The position numbers and the translations under genes are program-made. A stretch of DNA of 63,085 nt, filler included, from Sanchytrium tribonematis (taxonomy: Eukaryota), in the NCBI GenBank assembly GCA_018985235.1. It is 14 parts of 14 records of this genome, joined end to end, with 100 filler letters (N's around TTAATTAATTAA, not from the genome) between each part and the next. Parts side by side here need not be neighbours in the genome. Positions count along the whole stretch, not along the records: positions 1 to 3,140 come from JADGIG010000905.1; positions 3,241 to 6,365 come from JADGIG010000906.1; positions 6,466 to 9,582 come from JADGIG010000907.1; positions 9,683 to 31,259 come from JADGIG010000089.1; 10 more parts are not named here. One strand, given 5' to 3'. The number at the start of each line of letters is the position of its first letter. Within the stretch, counting starts at the first letter, position 1. The notes below the pieces were generated by a model, which searched no databases, had not been told where the DNA came from, and was given only the letters and a program-made list of their open reading frames with translations. Positions 1-9,739 of this stretch are shown here, piece after piece.

Positions 1-34
1 TACAAATACATACCATGCAGGTAAGTCATAATCA

Positions 35-2977
35 ATGACTGACTATCAATCTTTCAAGTCCCAAACCAAAGAAGAAAACTCTATGGATAATTTAAAGAAT
101 GATCCCATGGTCAATAATATATTGAGCGGAATAGACGATTCCTCGAATCAAATTAAAGATTCGAACTTGAGAACTACAAGTCCAAATCTATTAGCAATAC
201 CCCTATCTCCGACTCGAAATAATATCAACAATAATCTCAGTGGTGATGCGAATGATCAGCAGCATCCTAATGCTGGAGGGGGATTGAACAACAACACATT
301 TGAATTAATAGATTCCGACCCTCGTTCATCTGATATGAATGTTATATTTATTAATGATACGTTGCAGTGCTTTAAGCTCGACACTGAAAAAACAGTCCCA
401 TTTAATTCACAGCAGTTGCAACCATTCCAGGTCGGAAATTCTATTATTCGAACGAATGATGATATGAAAAACTATTTAAATTCCTTTCAATCTGGATCTG
501 AGTGTGACCAGTATGCTTTCTATTCTTTGTGCAATACCCTGGTTTCTAGTTCCAAAGTTTGTCACGGTAAACCACTTTGTTACAACGATTGCCAGACACT
601 CAATGATAAACTAAAATCTTGCAACTTCCCCGTCCAAAATTGCTCAAGAACCGAACAACCTTGTACTGGCCTTAATGATACAATCAATGACAATGGTCCT
701 TTTCTAGCCTGGTGGGCTATCTTACTAATTATATTGGCGCTGCTTTCTCCTTGCTTCCTTTGCTTTTTTGGTGTATGTAAGAAGACTGATAAAAAGAAAA
801 CAAAGACTCTACATACTATCAAGGAAAGCTCAAGCTGGGGTTCAAATTCACTCGATAGGTCTGAAGTAAATGCCATGAATCTGGCTGACGCATCTGAACT
901 AGGTTTGAATCATGAGACTTCAAATCCTTCAAGCGAAGATTTTTCCTATACACCTCAAAGTATGGGTCAGGAATTCGCATATACCCCTTCTACACCAGAT
1001 AGTTATGTAGCTCAAAATAATCTTTCAAATATTGCGGATACTCCTCCTATAGAGAATTCTCCAGCGTCCTCAATTATAAGCAAGGGTTTACGAAATGAGG
1101 ATAATTCATATAATACACCTTTAGCAGCTCAAAGTGAAAAACTCGACACATCACTAGCAATCCCTTTGGTTATTGACAAATCGAAAGAAGTGAAAAAACG
1201 TCAAGTAGATCACAAAAACCCTAATTCATTTTTAACGGATGAAGGAAATTCATCAAAAAATTTTAATACTATAGATTCTGCAGGTCCAAATGATTTTATG
1301 AATTTTGAAGAGAAGCCCAACGCCTCTAAATTAGAGTCAGCCGATGATCTCAAGGAGGAAGCTATTCCAATTGTTTCCGAGAATTTGAACAACATGAACT
1401 TAAGTAGTGCACAGTCCGTAATTTCAAGTCGTGTTGTAAGACAAAAATCAATCAAACAAACAAAACATGTGGAGGAATTGGGATCAAAGAATAAGCCTGA
1501 CGAAAGTCAGTTTCATGCAATTTCCTACAAACAATCTTTTGGTGAATCGAGCGTGGTAGAGAAAGATGTCGAGGAAAATGCGCAAGCTGAGCAGTTTACT
1601 GCTGAAAGCTATTATGAAACACTTCTACTTTATGGAACCTTTCCCGCCGATTTGAAAAATATTTATTTAAGAGTGAGCGAGCTAAACAAGGGACAATATG
1701 AAAGCATCTACGATGGCACTTTTGTGTCTGAAGGCACTGTGAATATCTGCCGAATGTCTTATTTGTTTAAGAGACTTCAACTCATAAAGTTGGAACTAAT
1801 AGATTTAGACACAAAGGAAACATTCTCGACGCAATGCCATCTCTCTCGACTTATTACTGCTTCAGAAATAGTCCCATGGAATAATGAAGCTATTGAATTT
1901 CATGTAAAAAAAGAGCCGGCAGAACTTGGTAATATTCGATTTGGAATCAAAGTATGCGAAGTAGAAGAACATCAGGTTGTGCTTCGGTGCTCGGTCGATG
2001 GTAAAGATCTCATATCTGTAGACTGTAAATCGAACGCGATTTCAGAGGGGTACCTACAAGGACTCGTGGAAGAGTCAGTTGTAAAATTTGAACTCGTGAG
2101 AAATGGCACCTCACTCGGATATTCAAACATTCCAATAGTCGATTTGCTCAGTGGTGCTATCAAAGAGATGACCTTGATAAGCTCGCCTGATTCTGAATTA
2201 AAAATATCCTTTGAATATTTTTCTGAAGAGAAGAGAAATAATTTGACTGAATTTTTACAATGCGGTCTCAATTTAAAATTCTCTCTTGGTATAGATTTCA
2301 CATCTTCCAATAAGACTCCTCATAATTCATCCAGTTTACATTTTATAGGTCCTCAGGGTCGTGAAATATCTAAGCTTACAGAATATGAAAAGGCCATCAA
2401 ATTAGTTGGCGACTTAATCTCAAGTTATGGGGCTAACGAAATCACGGCTTATGGGTTTGGTGCAGAAGTTAGAAGCGGCACGAAATATAAAATCAATCAC
2501 TCTTTTGATTTAAGCGAAGAAAAAAACATAGTAAGTGTGGAGACGTTATTGAAAGCCTATCGAAAGAAATTACGTTCCATTAAACTCAGTGGCCCCACAA
2601 ACTTTGCCCCTCATCTTAAATTGGCTTCAAAGATTGCAAGACAATCAAGGAAAGAATACTACGTCCACCTTATCATTACTGACGGCCAAGTAACTGACTA
2701 TCACGAGACTATGGAGGAGTTAATTTCTTGCTCTAATTTTCCAATTAGTGTAATTATTTTAGGAGTGGGCTCTGAAAATTTTACCAAAATGCATAGCTTT
2801 AGTGGTGAAAATGGTTTATTGACTTCCAGAGACGGTTCCAGGAAATCCAGACGCGACGTTTGCGATTTTTACGAGGTTAGCTTGCAAAAAAATCCGGAGA
2901 ATATCCTCGAAAATATTCCTTTTCAAATTTTAGAGTACTTCAAAATGAAAAATTTACAACCTAAAGACTTTAAATAA
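35..2977 (+). CDS. Copine-family vWA protein fused to an N-terminal Cys-rich region and a transmembrane helix (5' end uncertain)
   Basis: C-terminal copine vWA motifs GIDFTSSN..SLH, AYGFGA, LSGPTNFAP, YYVHLIITDG, PISVIILGVG. A degenerate C2-like region lies upstream, there is a TM helix FLAWWAILLIILALLSPCFLCFFGVC, and a Cys cluster sits at about aa 157-210. Confidence 0.75.
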   Translation: MTDYQSFKSQTKEENSMDNLKNDPMVNNILSGIDDSSNQIKDSNLRTTSPNLLAIPLSPTRNNINNNLSGDANDQQHPNAGGGLNNNTFELIDSDPRSSDMNVIFINDTLQCFKLDTEKTVPFNSQQLQPFQVGNSIIRTNDDMKNYLNSFQSGSECDQYAFYSLCNTLVSSSKVCHGKPLCYNDCQTLNDKLKSCNFPVQNCSRTEQPCTGLNDTINDNGPFLAWWAILLIILALLSPCFLCFFGVCKKTDKKKTKTLHTIKESSSWGSNSLDRSEVNAMNLADASELGLNHETSNPSSEDFSYTPQSMGQEFAYTPSTPDSYVAQNNLSNIADTPPIENSPASSIISKGLRNEDNSYNTPLAAQSEKLDTSLAIPLVIDKSKEVKKRQVDHKNPNSFLTDEGNSSKNFNTIDSAGPNDFMNFEEKPNASKLESADDLKEEAIPIVSENLNNMNLSSAQSVISSRVVRQKSIKQTKHVEELGSKNKPDESQFHAISYKQSFGESSVVEKDVEENAQAEQFTAESYYETLLLYGTFPADLKNIYLRVSELNKGQYESIYDGTFVSEGTVNICRMSYLFKRLQLIKLELIDLDTKETFSTQCHLSRLITASEIVPWNNEAIEFHVKKEPAELGNIRFGIKVCEVEEHQVVLRCSVDGKDLISVDCKSNAISEGYLQGLVEESVVKFELVRNGTSLGYSNIPIVDLLSGAIKEMTLISSPDSELKISFEYFSEEKRNNLTEFLQCGLNLKFSLGIDFTSSNKTPHNSSSLHFIGPQGREISKLTEYEKAIKLVGDLISSYGANEITAYGFGAEVRSGTKYKINHSFDLSEEKNIVSVETLLKAYRKKLRSIKLSGPTNFAPHLKLASKIARQSRKEYYVHLIITDGQVTDYHETMEELISCSNFPISVIILGVGSENFTKMHSFSGENGLLTSRDGSRKSRRDVCDFYEVSLQKNPENILENIPFQILEYFKMKNLQPKDFK

Positions 2978-2996
2978 AAAAATCATTTTATTGAAA

Positions 2997-3140
2997 TTAA
3001 AAACTTTTAAGTGATGGGGTCTGAAGCCCATCCACACTTGTGACTTCATTGTTATTTACCCATTGGTCGACGTAATTTCCCTTGGCATTTATGGTTTGCT
3101 CTAATGTTTGCTGCACGACTGCAGAAATTGTAGGAACTAA
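2997..3140 (-). CDS. C-terminal fragment of an unknown gene, truncated by the contig end
   Basis: Open frame from the contig edge, LVPTISAVVQQ...TPSLKSF*, followed by AATAAA on the minus strand. Confidence 0.4.
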   Translation of the reverse strand, partial: LVPTISAVVQQTLEQTINAKGNYVDQWVNNNEVTSVDGLQTPSLKSF

Positions 3141-3240
3141 NNNNNNNNNNNNNNNNNNNNNNNNNNNNNNNNNNNNNNNNNNNNTTAATTAATTAANNNN
3201 NNNNNNNNNNNNNNNNNNNNNNNNNNNNNNNNNNNNNNNN
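3141..3240. other. Artificial contig linker (44 N + TTAATTAATTAA + 44 N), first of 13
   Basis: The identical 100-nt linker also occurs at 6366-6465, 9583-9682, 31260-31359, 34472-34571, 37676-37775, 40874-40973, 44068-44167, 47260-47359, 50444-50543, 53614-53713, 56776-56875 and 59931-60030. The 12-mer gives TAA in all six frames. Confidence 0.99.
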
Positions 3241-3949
3241 CCTAAATTTCCTGGATCGGTGAGGATGTTGTTCTTAAAGAAAATCAAGCACTCTTTCATG
3301 CACCCACAATTTCAAACGGACGTTGTAAAACCACTTAAAATTGACCACCTTCTAGACAATGAAGTTCAAACTTTATCTGGAGGAGAACTACAAAGAGTTG
3401 CCATTATTTTATGTCTGGGTCAAAGCGCTGATATCGTACTTTTGATTAATTTAGTATTTAATTGACGAACCTTCGGCTTACTTAGATTCCGAGCAACGTA
3501 TTATTGCTGCTAAAGTTATTAAGCGTTTTATCATTCATTCTAGAAAAACTGCCTTTATTGTTGAACATGATTTTATCATGGCAACGTATTTAGCTGATAG
3601 TGTTATTGTCTATGATGGTTCTCCAGGTATTGATGCACATGCTAATACACCACAACCACTTTTATCGGGAATGAACGCGTTTTTGAAGACATTGGACATC
3701 ACTTTTAGACGTGATCCCACAAATTTCAGACCTAGAATCAACAAATACGAATCTCAATTAGACAAGCAACAAAAATTAAGTGGTAATTACTTCTTCTTAG
3801 AGGATACGCCTGATAATGCTCTTCAAAAGACCGGAAAGGGAATAACAGAAGAAACTGAGAAAAGGAAGAAGAAGCAAAAACAAAAGATTCAATCTAATGA
3901 AGACAAGGAAGTCAGCGAAGAGGATGATTCTGAAAATTCATCCGAATAA
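3241..3949 (+). CDS. RLI1: ABCE1/Rli1 ribosome-recycling ABC ATPase, C-terminal part; exons 3241-3435 and 3455-3949
   Basis: [11 protein letters not shown]...ADI joined to [25 protein letters not shown]...[13 protein letters not shown]...[16 protein letters not shown] once a 19-nt intron is removed. Confidence 0.95.
3436..3454 (+). other. 19-nt spliceosomal intron (phase 0) in RLI1
   Basis: GTACTTTTGATTAATTTAG. Removal restores the conserved Walker B region ADI|YLIDEP. Confidence 0.93.
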
Positions 3950-3982
3950 ATATTTTTGCATTATAAAGCATAGGAGTCTCGA

Positions 3983-6365
3983 ATGAAATTCTGGCCAGAA
4001 GCGTTCGTCTTTATTTTCTTGATGGTGATGGCGTCTCTTTCACAGCAGAATTGGACCTTCATACTTTGCTATACCATTATTGTCCTTATGAAATTAGATG
4101 TTGTAAAATTTGATGAAAAAAGTGGCACAGAATTTCCAAGGATAATCAATTGCTTTTATTTGAGCAGCAAAATGAATGCTCAACCACCGCTTTATATGAT
4201 CCAAAATCAAAATATAACTTTGGAGTATGCAGAGTTTCCGCCTAGTAAGGTAGAAGTATCAGGTAAATTAACCGATAAGCCTAAATATTCTGACATGTTC
4301 GTCAATGCCAGAATTGCCGACCAGCCAAAAAACTGGTTGAATATAAGCAAACCAGAATCTGTATTAGAATCACTATACCGTCAATTTCAAAAATTTTATT
4401 GGAGCATGATTCTTTTTACATTGATTTTCAACATTGTATATGTTATTATAAAATCGTTACAGAATAACACAAGTATTATCGATAATATGTCAATTGCGGC
4501 TTGTTGCTTATTTTTATGTGTACCTTGGCACGTCTCACTAGTTCCTCTAATTAGCCATGGTGCAAGTACTTATCTCCACATAACCTGGCAAAAAGTTCAA
4601 TTGCTTCAAAAAAAGGAGCGAGAGTTTGACGAGGAATATCACAGGAAAATAACCTTGTCTTTGTGGAATGTTATCAAAAATTCATTTTCTAAACACCCTC
4701 GTCAACTAGTCGAAAGATTGGCAAACATTAGTATAATTGCAGCTTTAGATAAGACAGGAACCATTTCTCACAATCATCCTTCCATGTTTGAGTTGATATT
4801 ACCTCATGACCAAACTTTAGAAATTCAAACGTCTGAGTCAGGGGTTCGCTTCAGCAGTCCAGATTGGGAAAAATATACCAACAGTTTGCGCCCCATTGGA
4901 TTAATATTACTGATGAATACCAATTGTCATAAAACTTCGAATCTCCACTATAGGGAACTCAATTATAATGCTGCTAGTCATCAGGTTTCTTGTTATTGTA
5001 CTTTGGCTAAGGAAATAGGTTTTGATTCTAGCCATAATTTATCGGCGAGACAATACTTCGATCTTTTCATCACCCTTCAGGAAGACCACGCTCATTCGAG
5101 AGTTTATCAATACTCAAAAGGCAACGATCAAATAGTTATTGATGGCGATATCAATATAATTTTAAGCATGTGTTCCGATTACTGGGATGGGGAGGATATT
5201 TTCCCCATATCGGAAGCAATGAGAAAGAAATTTACAGATATTTATACAAACTGTAAAGCCAATGATATTGGTGCCATAGCATATGCCTATTCACCAGTAG
5301 ATCAAAATATATTAGATGCACTACAGCCACTTTTTGGCAAGAGCTACTTTTTATCCATGGAAACTGGTCTCTTTCCTCGAGAACAAGAGGCATTTGAAAA
5401 AATTATTCGCTCGAGACTTTTGTCTGGCTTAATTTTTCTAGGAATTTCTAAAATTTCACACAAACCAAAATCTCATGTGCGTGATTTAATTGAAGAGTTT
5501 AATCCATCCTCGATCCGATTTGTTTATTTTTCGCCAAAAGAAGAACGGCCTTCAAAAGCTTTTGCCGAGCGGCTGGGACTTGAAACCGATTGGAACTCAT
5601 ACTTATTACTTTCAAATCCCGAGGAGACAAATGTCGGATACCAAGAAGAACACGACATCAAAGCACAATTACCGCGCGGTATTGCAGCAATCAAAGAGCA
5701 TTTGCGAAACGTCGATGATATACCATTACATGTTTCTTTATTCGCAGAAGCCAGTCCAACATCTATAACAGAAATGCTTGGTATTTTTCAGTATTGGGGA
5801 GAAAGTGTTGCTGTGCTAGGGTCTTGTTTAAATTCACGTTTTTTGCCATGCTTCGCTGCCGCTGATATCTCAGTTGGACTTGTTCCAAGAAGCATCGATT
5901 TAAATTCGGAAGAAGGGAAATTGATTATGCACAGCAATCATTTTGTAGATTTGTTTCTGTCATATGATGCGAGTCTGTTTGCTCTTTATGACGTAATTAA
6001 AGATGCAAGAACTATTTCATCTAATTTACAAATGTTTGTAATTTATGGTTTTTTAATTCAATTAAATATGCTCTGTTCCGCACTCATCATACAGTGCTCA
6101 GACTATCAGTACCGCTTTACGCTGAATTCGTTGGTACCGATCAACATAATTATAATTCTGCAGTCTCTAGCATTTTTGTCTCTGGAAAATGAGAATTCTA
6201 TGAAATTGTATATGAGGAGAAATAAAAAGCAACGAAAAGAAGTTGCCAGCCTTCTACTAGCAGTTATACCTCGTAGTCTGGTTTTTTTAATATTCGATTT
6301 AATTAATTACATAATGTACTGGTCACTAATTTAGGTCCTTTCAGTATTTAAACAGTCACATTTTA
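3983..6365 (+). CDS. TMEM94: TMEM94-like P-type ATPase-related protein, 3' partial; exons 3983-6315 and 6335 to contig end
   Basis: LANISIIAALDKTGT, SLRPIGL, CSDYWDGEDIFPI, IRFVYFS, KAFAERLGLETDWN, KAQLPRGI..IKEHL.NVDDIPL.VSLF are TMEM94-family blocks. Confidence 0.85.
6316..6334 (+). other. 19-nt intron (phase 2) in the TMEM94-like gene
   Basis: GTACTGGTCACTAATTTAG matches the consensus. Removal eliminates the apparent TAG stop and leaves the frame open to the contig end. Confidence 0.75.
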
Positions 6366-6466
6366 NNNNNNNNNNNNNNNNNNNNNNNNNNNNNNNNNNN
6401 NNNNNNNNNTTAATTAATTAANNNNNNNNNNNNNNNNNNNNNNNNNNNNNNNNNNNNNNNNNNNNA

Positions 6467-7117
6467 ATTACCACATTTTCTATTTATATCCAATTAAGGA
6501 GTCTCAAATTACTGACTAGAAATGAAAAAAGATTTGGATATTTAGGACATTTATTGTTATTTATTCGCATCTTTATCAAGCATTTACCCATTCCATCTAT
6601 ATTTATTATCGAATTAACATTATATATCCTCATTATTATTCCACTTTTTGCTTATATTTTAAATTCAGTCAAAATCATTAAATTGATAGATTCGAATCCA
6701 GTTGCAAATGGAAATCAAATTAGACAACGACGATTGACATTATTCATTGTGATTATGGGTCCTATTACTATTATATCCACTACTTTATTCTCAGCATTGC
6801 CAACTTTGAGTGAATACGATTTCATGGCATTTGTGATTATTGCAATGACTGGATTATTATTGAATGTGGCTGATTTCTATACAGAATATTACAGAAATAA
6901 ACAAGAAGAAATGGTGGTATGGGATACATTGATAGAAACAAAGCGAGAAAGTGTGATTTTGAGAAAAATGAGTTTTCCAAAAAGAAGATCAACCGAAAAG
7001 ACTGCCATTCAAATCCCTATTCATTTGTCACTGGAAGATATTAAAGATGAACCAATTCATAAAACCAGTCATAATAGAAGTAGAAGACCGAGTTTGATGA
7101 ATTCATCCTCGTTTTAA
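6467..7117 (+). CDS. Multi-pass membrane protein, 5' partial, unknown function
   Basis: The frame is open from the contig start, with several hydrophobic helices and a polar C-terminal tail. AATAAA follows shortly after the stop. Confidence 0.6.
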   Translation: MTTFSIYIQLRSLKLLTRNEKRFGYLGHLLLFIRIFIKHLPIPSIFIIELTLYILIIIPLFAYILNSVKIIKLIDSNPVANGNQIRQRRLTLFIVIMGPITIISTTLFSALPTLSEYDFMAFVIIAMTGLLLNVADFYTEYYRNKQEEMVVWDTLIETKRESVILRKMSFPKRRSTEKTAIQIPIHLSLEDIKDEPIHKTSHNRSRRPSLMNSSSF

Positions 7118-7357
7118 AAAAATAAAATTTATTTTATCTCATTTGAAATCTTGTAGCGATTCAAGTTGAATCTGCAGTAATTGCATTTCCAAACATCTTC
7201 CGTATTGCTGCAATACAAGTTGCATTATCGTGGTTCTTGGCCATTCCAATTTAAATTTAGCTAGTACTTGTCAAAATACTTTAATCATGCATGCCCAACG
7301 ATGTGCTTCAAGATTAAATACCATTTTGTCACTAAATAAATCAAATTTTTGACTTCC

Positions 7358-7366
7358 CTCCTTGAA
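7358..7366 (+). promoter_or_regulatory. CTCCTTGAA start-proximal element (representative copy)
   Basis: Exact copies sit just upstream of ATG at 7358, 14497, 19649, 22610 (+) and 34939-34947 (-). Variants occur at 17164 and 30285-30293 (-), and reverse-orientation copies at 54381 and 9415. Confidence 0.6.
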
Positions 7367-7371
7367 ACCCA

Positions 7372-8187
7372 ATGAATGTTCCTTTGGTCCTTGATCCGTC
7401 TTTAAAACAATCCATATTATCACTCAACAACAATGGAATGTTTATCAGAATTGAAAATGAATCATTTTACAAAGTCAAAGATCTAGAATCCACCAAGTTG
7501 GATTTAAATCAAAATGGATTTATTTGTTTTCATTCGAATTCATTATTTATATACAATTATGTACCAGATAATACACCTGTTAAAGATAAATTATTATATG
7601 CTAATGGGGAAATGGTATTATTAAATCAATTAAACACACACGTGCAATTTATTAATAAATTATCAGATGCGACATTTAAAATGGAAGAGAAATCAAAAGT
7701 ACTGACTCATGATGAGTTGCATCAAATGCACGTACGTAAAGAGGAATTACTGATGGATTTGAGCAAGGTGAAATTGATTGGAGGGAATGTGGAAGCAAAT
7801 ATTGCAAATTCACTAAAAAGTAAATTAAATGAGACTGGGTTGATTATGACTATTAAAGAAGAAGTAATTGAACTTGTGCAAGTGTGCGGTGGATTTAATG
7901 AGTTGATTGATGGATTAAAATCATCAAAAATGCCTGTTTATGGATTTTGGAGACCTACAAATTTATTTGTATCTTATTGCCCACAGGAAGCAACGATTAA
8001 AGATAGAATGATATTCACCACATTCAAGAATCATGTGCAATCCTTGTTTAGTGGAGAATTGCAGAAAATAGAAGCATCAGATCCATCTGAATTGCCAAAT
8101 GTAGAGAAAGAAGAAGAAATGGAGCCTGTCAAGAATAATGCACCTAGAAAGAAGATTGCAGCACCTGGTAAACGAACATTGATTTGA
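7372..8187 (+). CDS. TWF1: Twinfilin-like protein (two reduced ADF-H domains)
   Basis: YNYVPDNTPVKDKLLYA and FVSYCPQEATIKDRMIF are the paired ADF-H motifs, followed by KIEASDPSEL and a basic tail ending APGKR. Confidence 0.75.
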   Translation: MNVPLVLDPSLKQSILSLNNNGMFIRIENESFYKVKDLESTKLDLNQNGFICFHSNSLFIYNYVPDNTPVKDKLLYANGEMVLLNQLNTHVQFINKLSDATFKMEEKSKVLTHDELHQMHVRKEELLMDLSKVKLIGGNVEANIANSLKSKLNETGLIMTIKEEVIELVQVCGGFNELIDGLKSSKMPVYGFWRPTNLFVSYCPQEATIKDRMIFTTFKNHVQSLFSGELQKIEASDPSELPNVEKEEEMEPVKNNAPRKKIAAPGKRTLI

Positions 8188-8269
8188 AATAAATATGATT
8201 GGATTGAACGTCTAAAATTTCTGAGATTTCTGAGAATTGGGTCAAAAACAGACAGAGGTCTTTGACATC

Positions 8270-9076
8270 ATGACACCGCAACATGACTTTGCAGTGGATG
8301 ATTCTATTTTAATAGTCGGCTTAATACTCAGCTATATATCATTTCTAATATCAATATACTCCATTTACAAATTATACATGAGGATGGATTTTAAATGGAC
8401 CAGATTTCATTTATTAATGTGGATTATCGTCATCTTAGAATTAATGAGCTCATTATTATTCTTTATACAGAATATTTGTGACTCTAAATCATTTGGACCC
8501 ACATATTGCACGCCTATTATGCAAATATTAACAGAAATCATGTGGATTACTGGATATGTCATTATATTTCTACTATTATTGAATGCTGTTAACAAATACA
8601 AAGCAGTGAAATCATTATACCATTGGAAATATAACCTCAAATACATTTTGCAGTTGGTTGGATTTGCATTTTTGATGACCATCATTATTATACGATTATT
8701 CTACCCAGATATACGACAACGCACTTCTAAATATACCATATTGGCTTATCTCGTATACGTCTACTTCTTTGACGCATTGATGGAAATATTATTAATCAAA
8801 ATATTGTTTCACAGTCGATCTCGATTCTTTAAGATGCCTACAAACGTGAAGAATGCATATTTATTCACGAGGCATTCTATCACGACATATTTGCTAATTA
8901 TACCCGTGCTGATCGTGTCTTTTTTGAATACTTCTGACAATCCTAATTTATTCCACTTATTTCAATATATCATCTATACGCTGTTGAGTTTCCATATTTA
9001 CTTTAATATTTCATCCATGATCTTTATTAGAATGATATGTTCAATTAATCCAACTCAATATGAATTGAATCCGTGA
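8270..9076 (+). CDS. Multi-pass (about 7TM) membrane protein, unknown function
   Basis: About seven hydrophobic segments. First ATG is at 8270. Confidence 0.6.
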   Translation: MTPQHDFAVDDSILIVGLILSYISFLISIYSIYKLYMRMDFKWTRFHLLMWIIVILELMSSLLFFIQNICDSKSFGPTYCTPIMQILTEIMWITGYVIIFLLLLNAVNKYKAVKSLYHWKYNLKYILQLVGFAFLMTIIIIRLFYPDIRQRTSKYTILAYLVYVYFFDALMEILLIKILFHSRSRFFKMPTNVKNAYLFTRHSITTYLLIIPVLIVSFLNTSDNPNLFHLFQYIIYTLLSFHIYFNISSMIFIRMICSINPTQYELNP

Positions 9077-9244
9077 GATCAGGGAATTTAGATCAGCATG
9101 AAAATGACCCAATCGGAATCTGTCATTTTCTCGATCTGCAAATGCTACGATCGCGATATTCCGTTAGCTAAGGTTCCCGAGATCAATTTTTACCGACCTA
9201 ATTGATTTAAAAGCTGTAATTCAGTAATCCAGTATAGTAATTAC

Positions 9245-9382
9245 ATGCCAACAAATTACATACATCTTTTGAAGCCGGTCAGAATATTTGCTTGCGAGTT
9301 ATGCGGTACGAGATTCATTACCATACATCATTCAAGAAAACATTACGAAATACATCATAGGGATCAGCTTGATGTCATTTAA
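9245..9382 (+). CDS. 45-aa single C2H2 zinc-finger microprotein (not in the ORF track)
   Basis: MPTNYIHLLKPVRIFACELCGTRFITIHHSRKHYEIHHRDQLDVI* has F-x-C-x2-C-x3-F-x8-H-x3-H. The stop is in TAATAAA. Confidence 0.55.
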   Translation: MPTNYIHLLKPVRIFACELCGTRFITIHHSRKHYEIHHRDQLDVI

Positions 9383-9429
9383 TAAATTAATTAAACTACA
9401 ATTTTATTATTTTATCAAGGAGAATCTCC

Positions 9430-9582
9430 ATGAAATCCAAAAATCAAATGGACCCATCTGCATTTAAACAGTATAAATTAAAAAGAAAGTATTATGAATT
9501 AAGTAATTTAAAGCGTAAAATGAAATCTATCACTAAAAATACACCAAAAATAGAGAATATCCCACAAAAATCAATAAAATCA
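9430..9582 (+). CDS. Basic protein, N-terminal fragment truncated by the contig end
   Basis: ATG-initiated open frame to the contig edge, with TCAAGGAG upstream. Confidence 0.4.
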
Positions 9583-9739
9583 NNNNNNNNNNNNNNNNNN
9601 NNNNNNNNNNNNNNNNNNNNNNNNNNTTAATTAATTAANNNNNNNNNNNNNNNNNNNNNNNNNNNNNNNNNNNNNNNNNNNNCTTGACCCAAATTTTGGG
9701 CATTCCCTTCAGTCCCATTTGTGACAAGGATAAGTGAAA

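Noticed and set aside
21..58. Possible 38-nt canonical intron (CAG|GTAAGT...AAG) extending the copine ORF upstream
   Set aside because: It is frame-compatible, but lies at the window edge with no homology support and no matching branch motif, so it cannot be supported.
6501..6519. GTCTCAAATTACTGACTAG, a 19-nt GT-AG segment
   Set aside because: The reading frame is already open through it, and its A falls at position 15 rather than 14. It is probably chance.
7358..7366. CTCCTT/AAGGAG read as a Shine-Dalgarno signal or bacterial contamination
   Set aside because: The genes are clearly eukaryotic and the motif is mostly in the anti-SD orientation.
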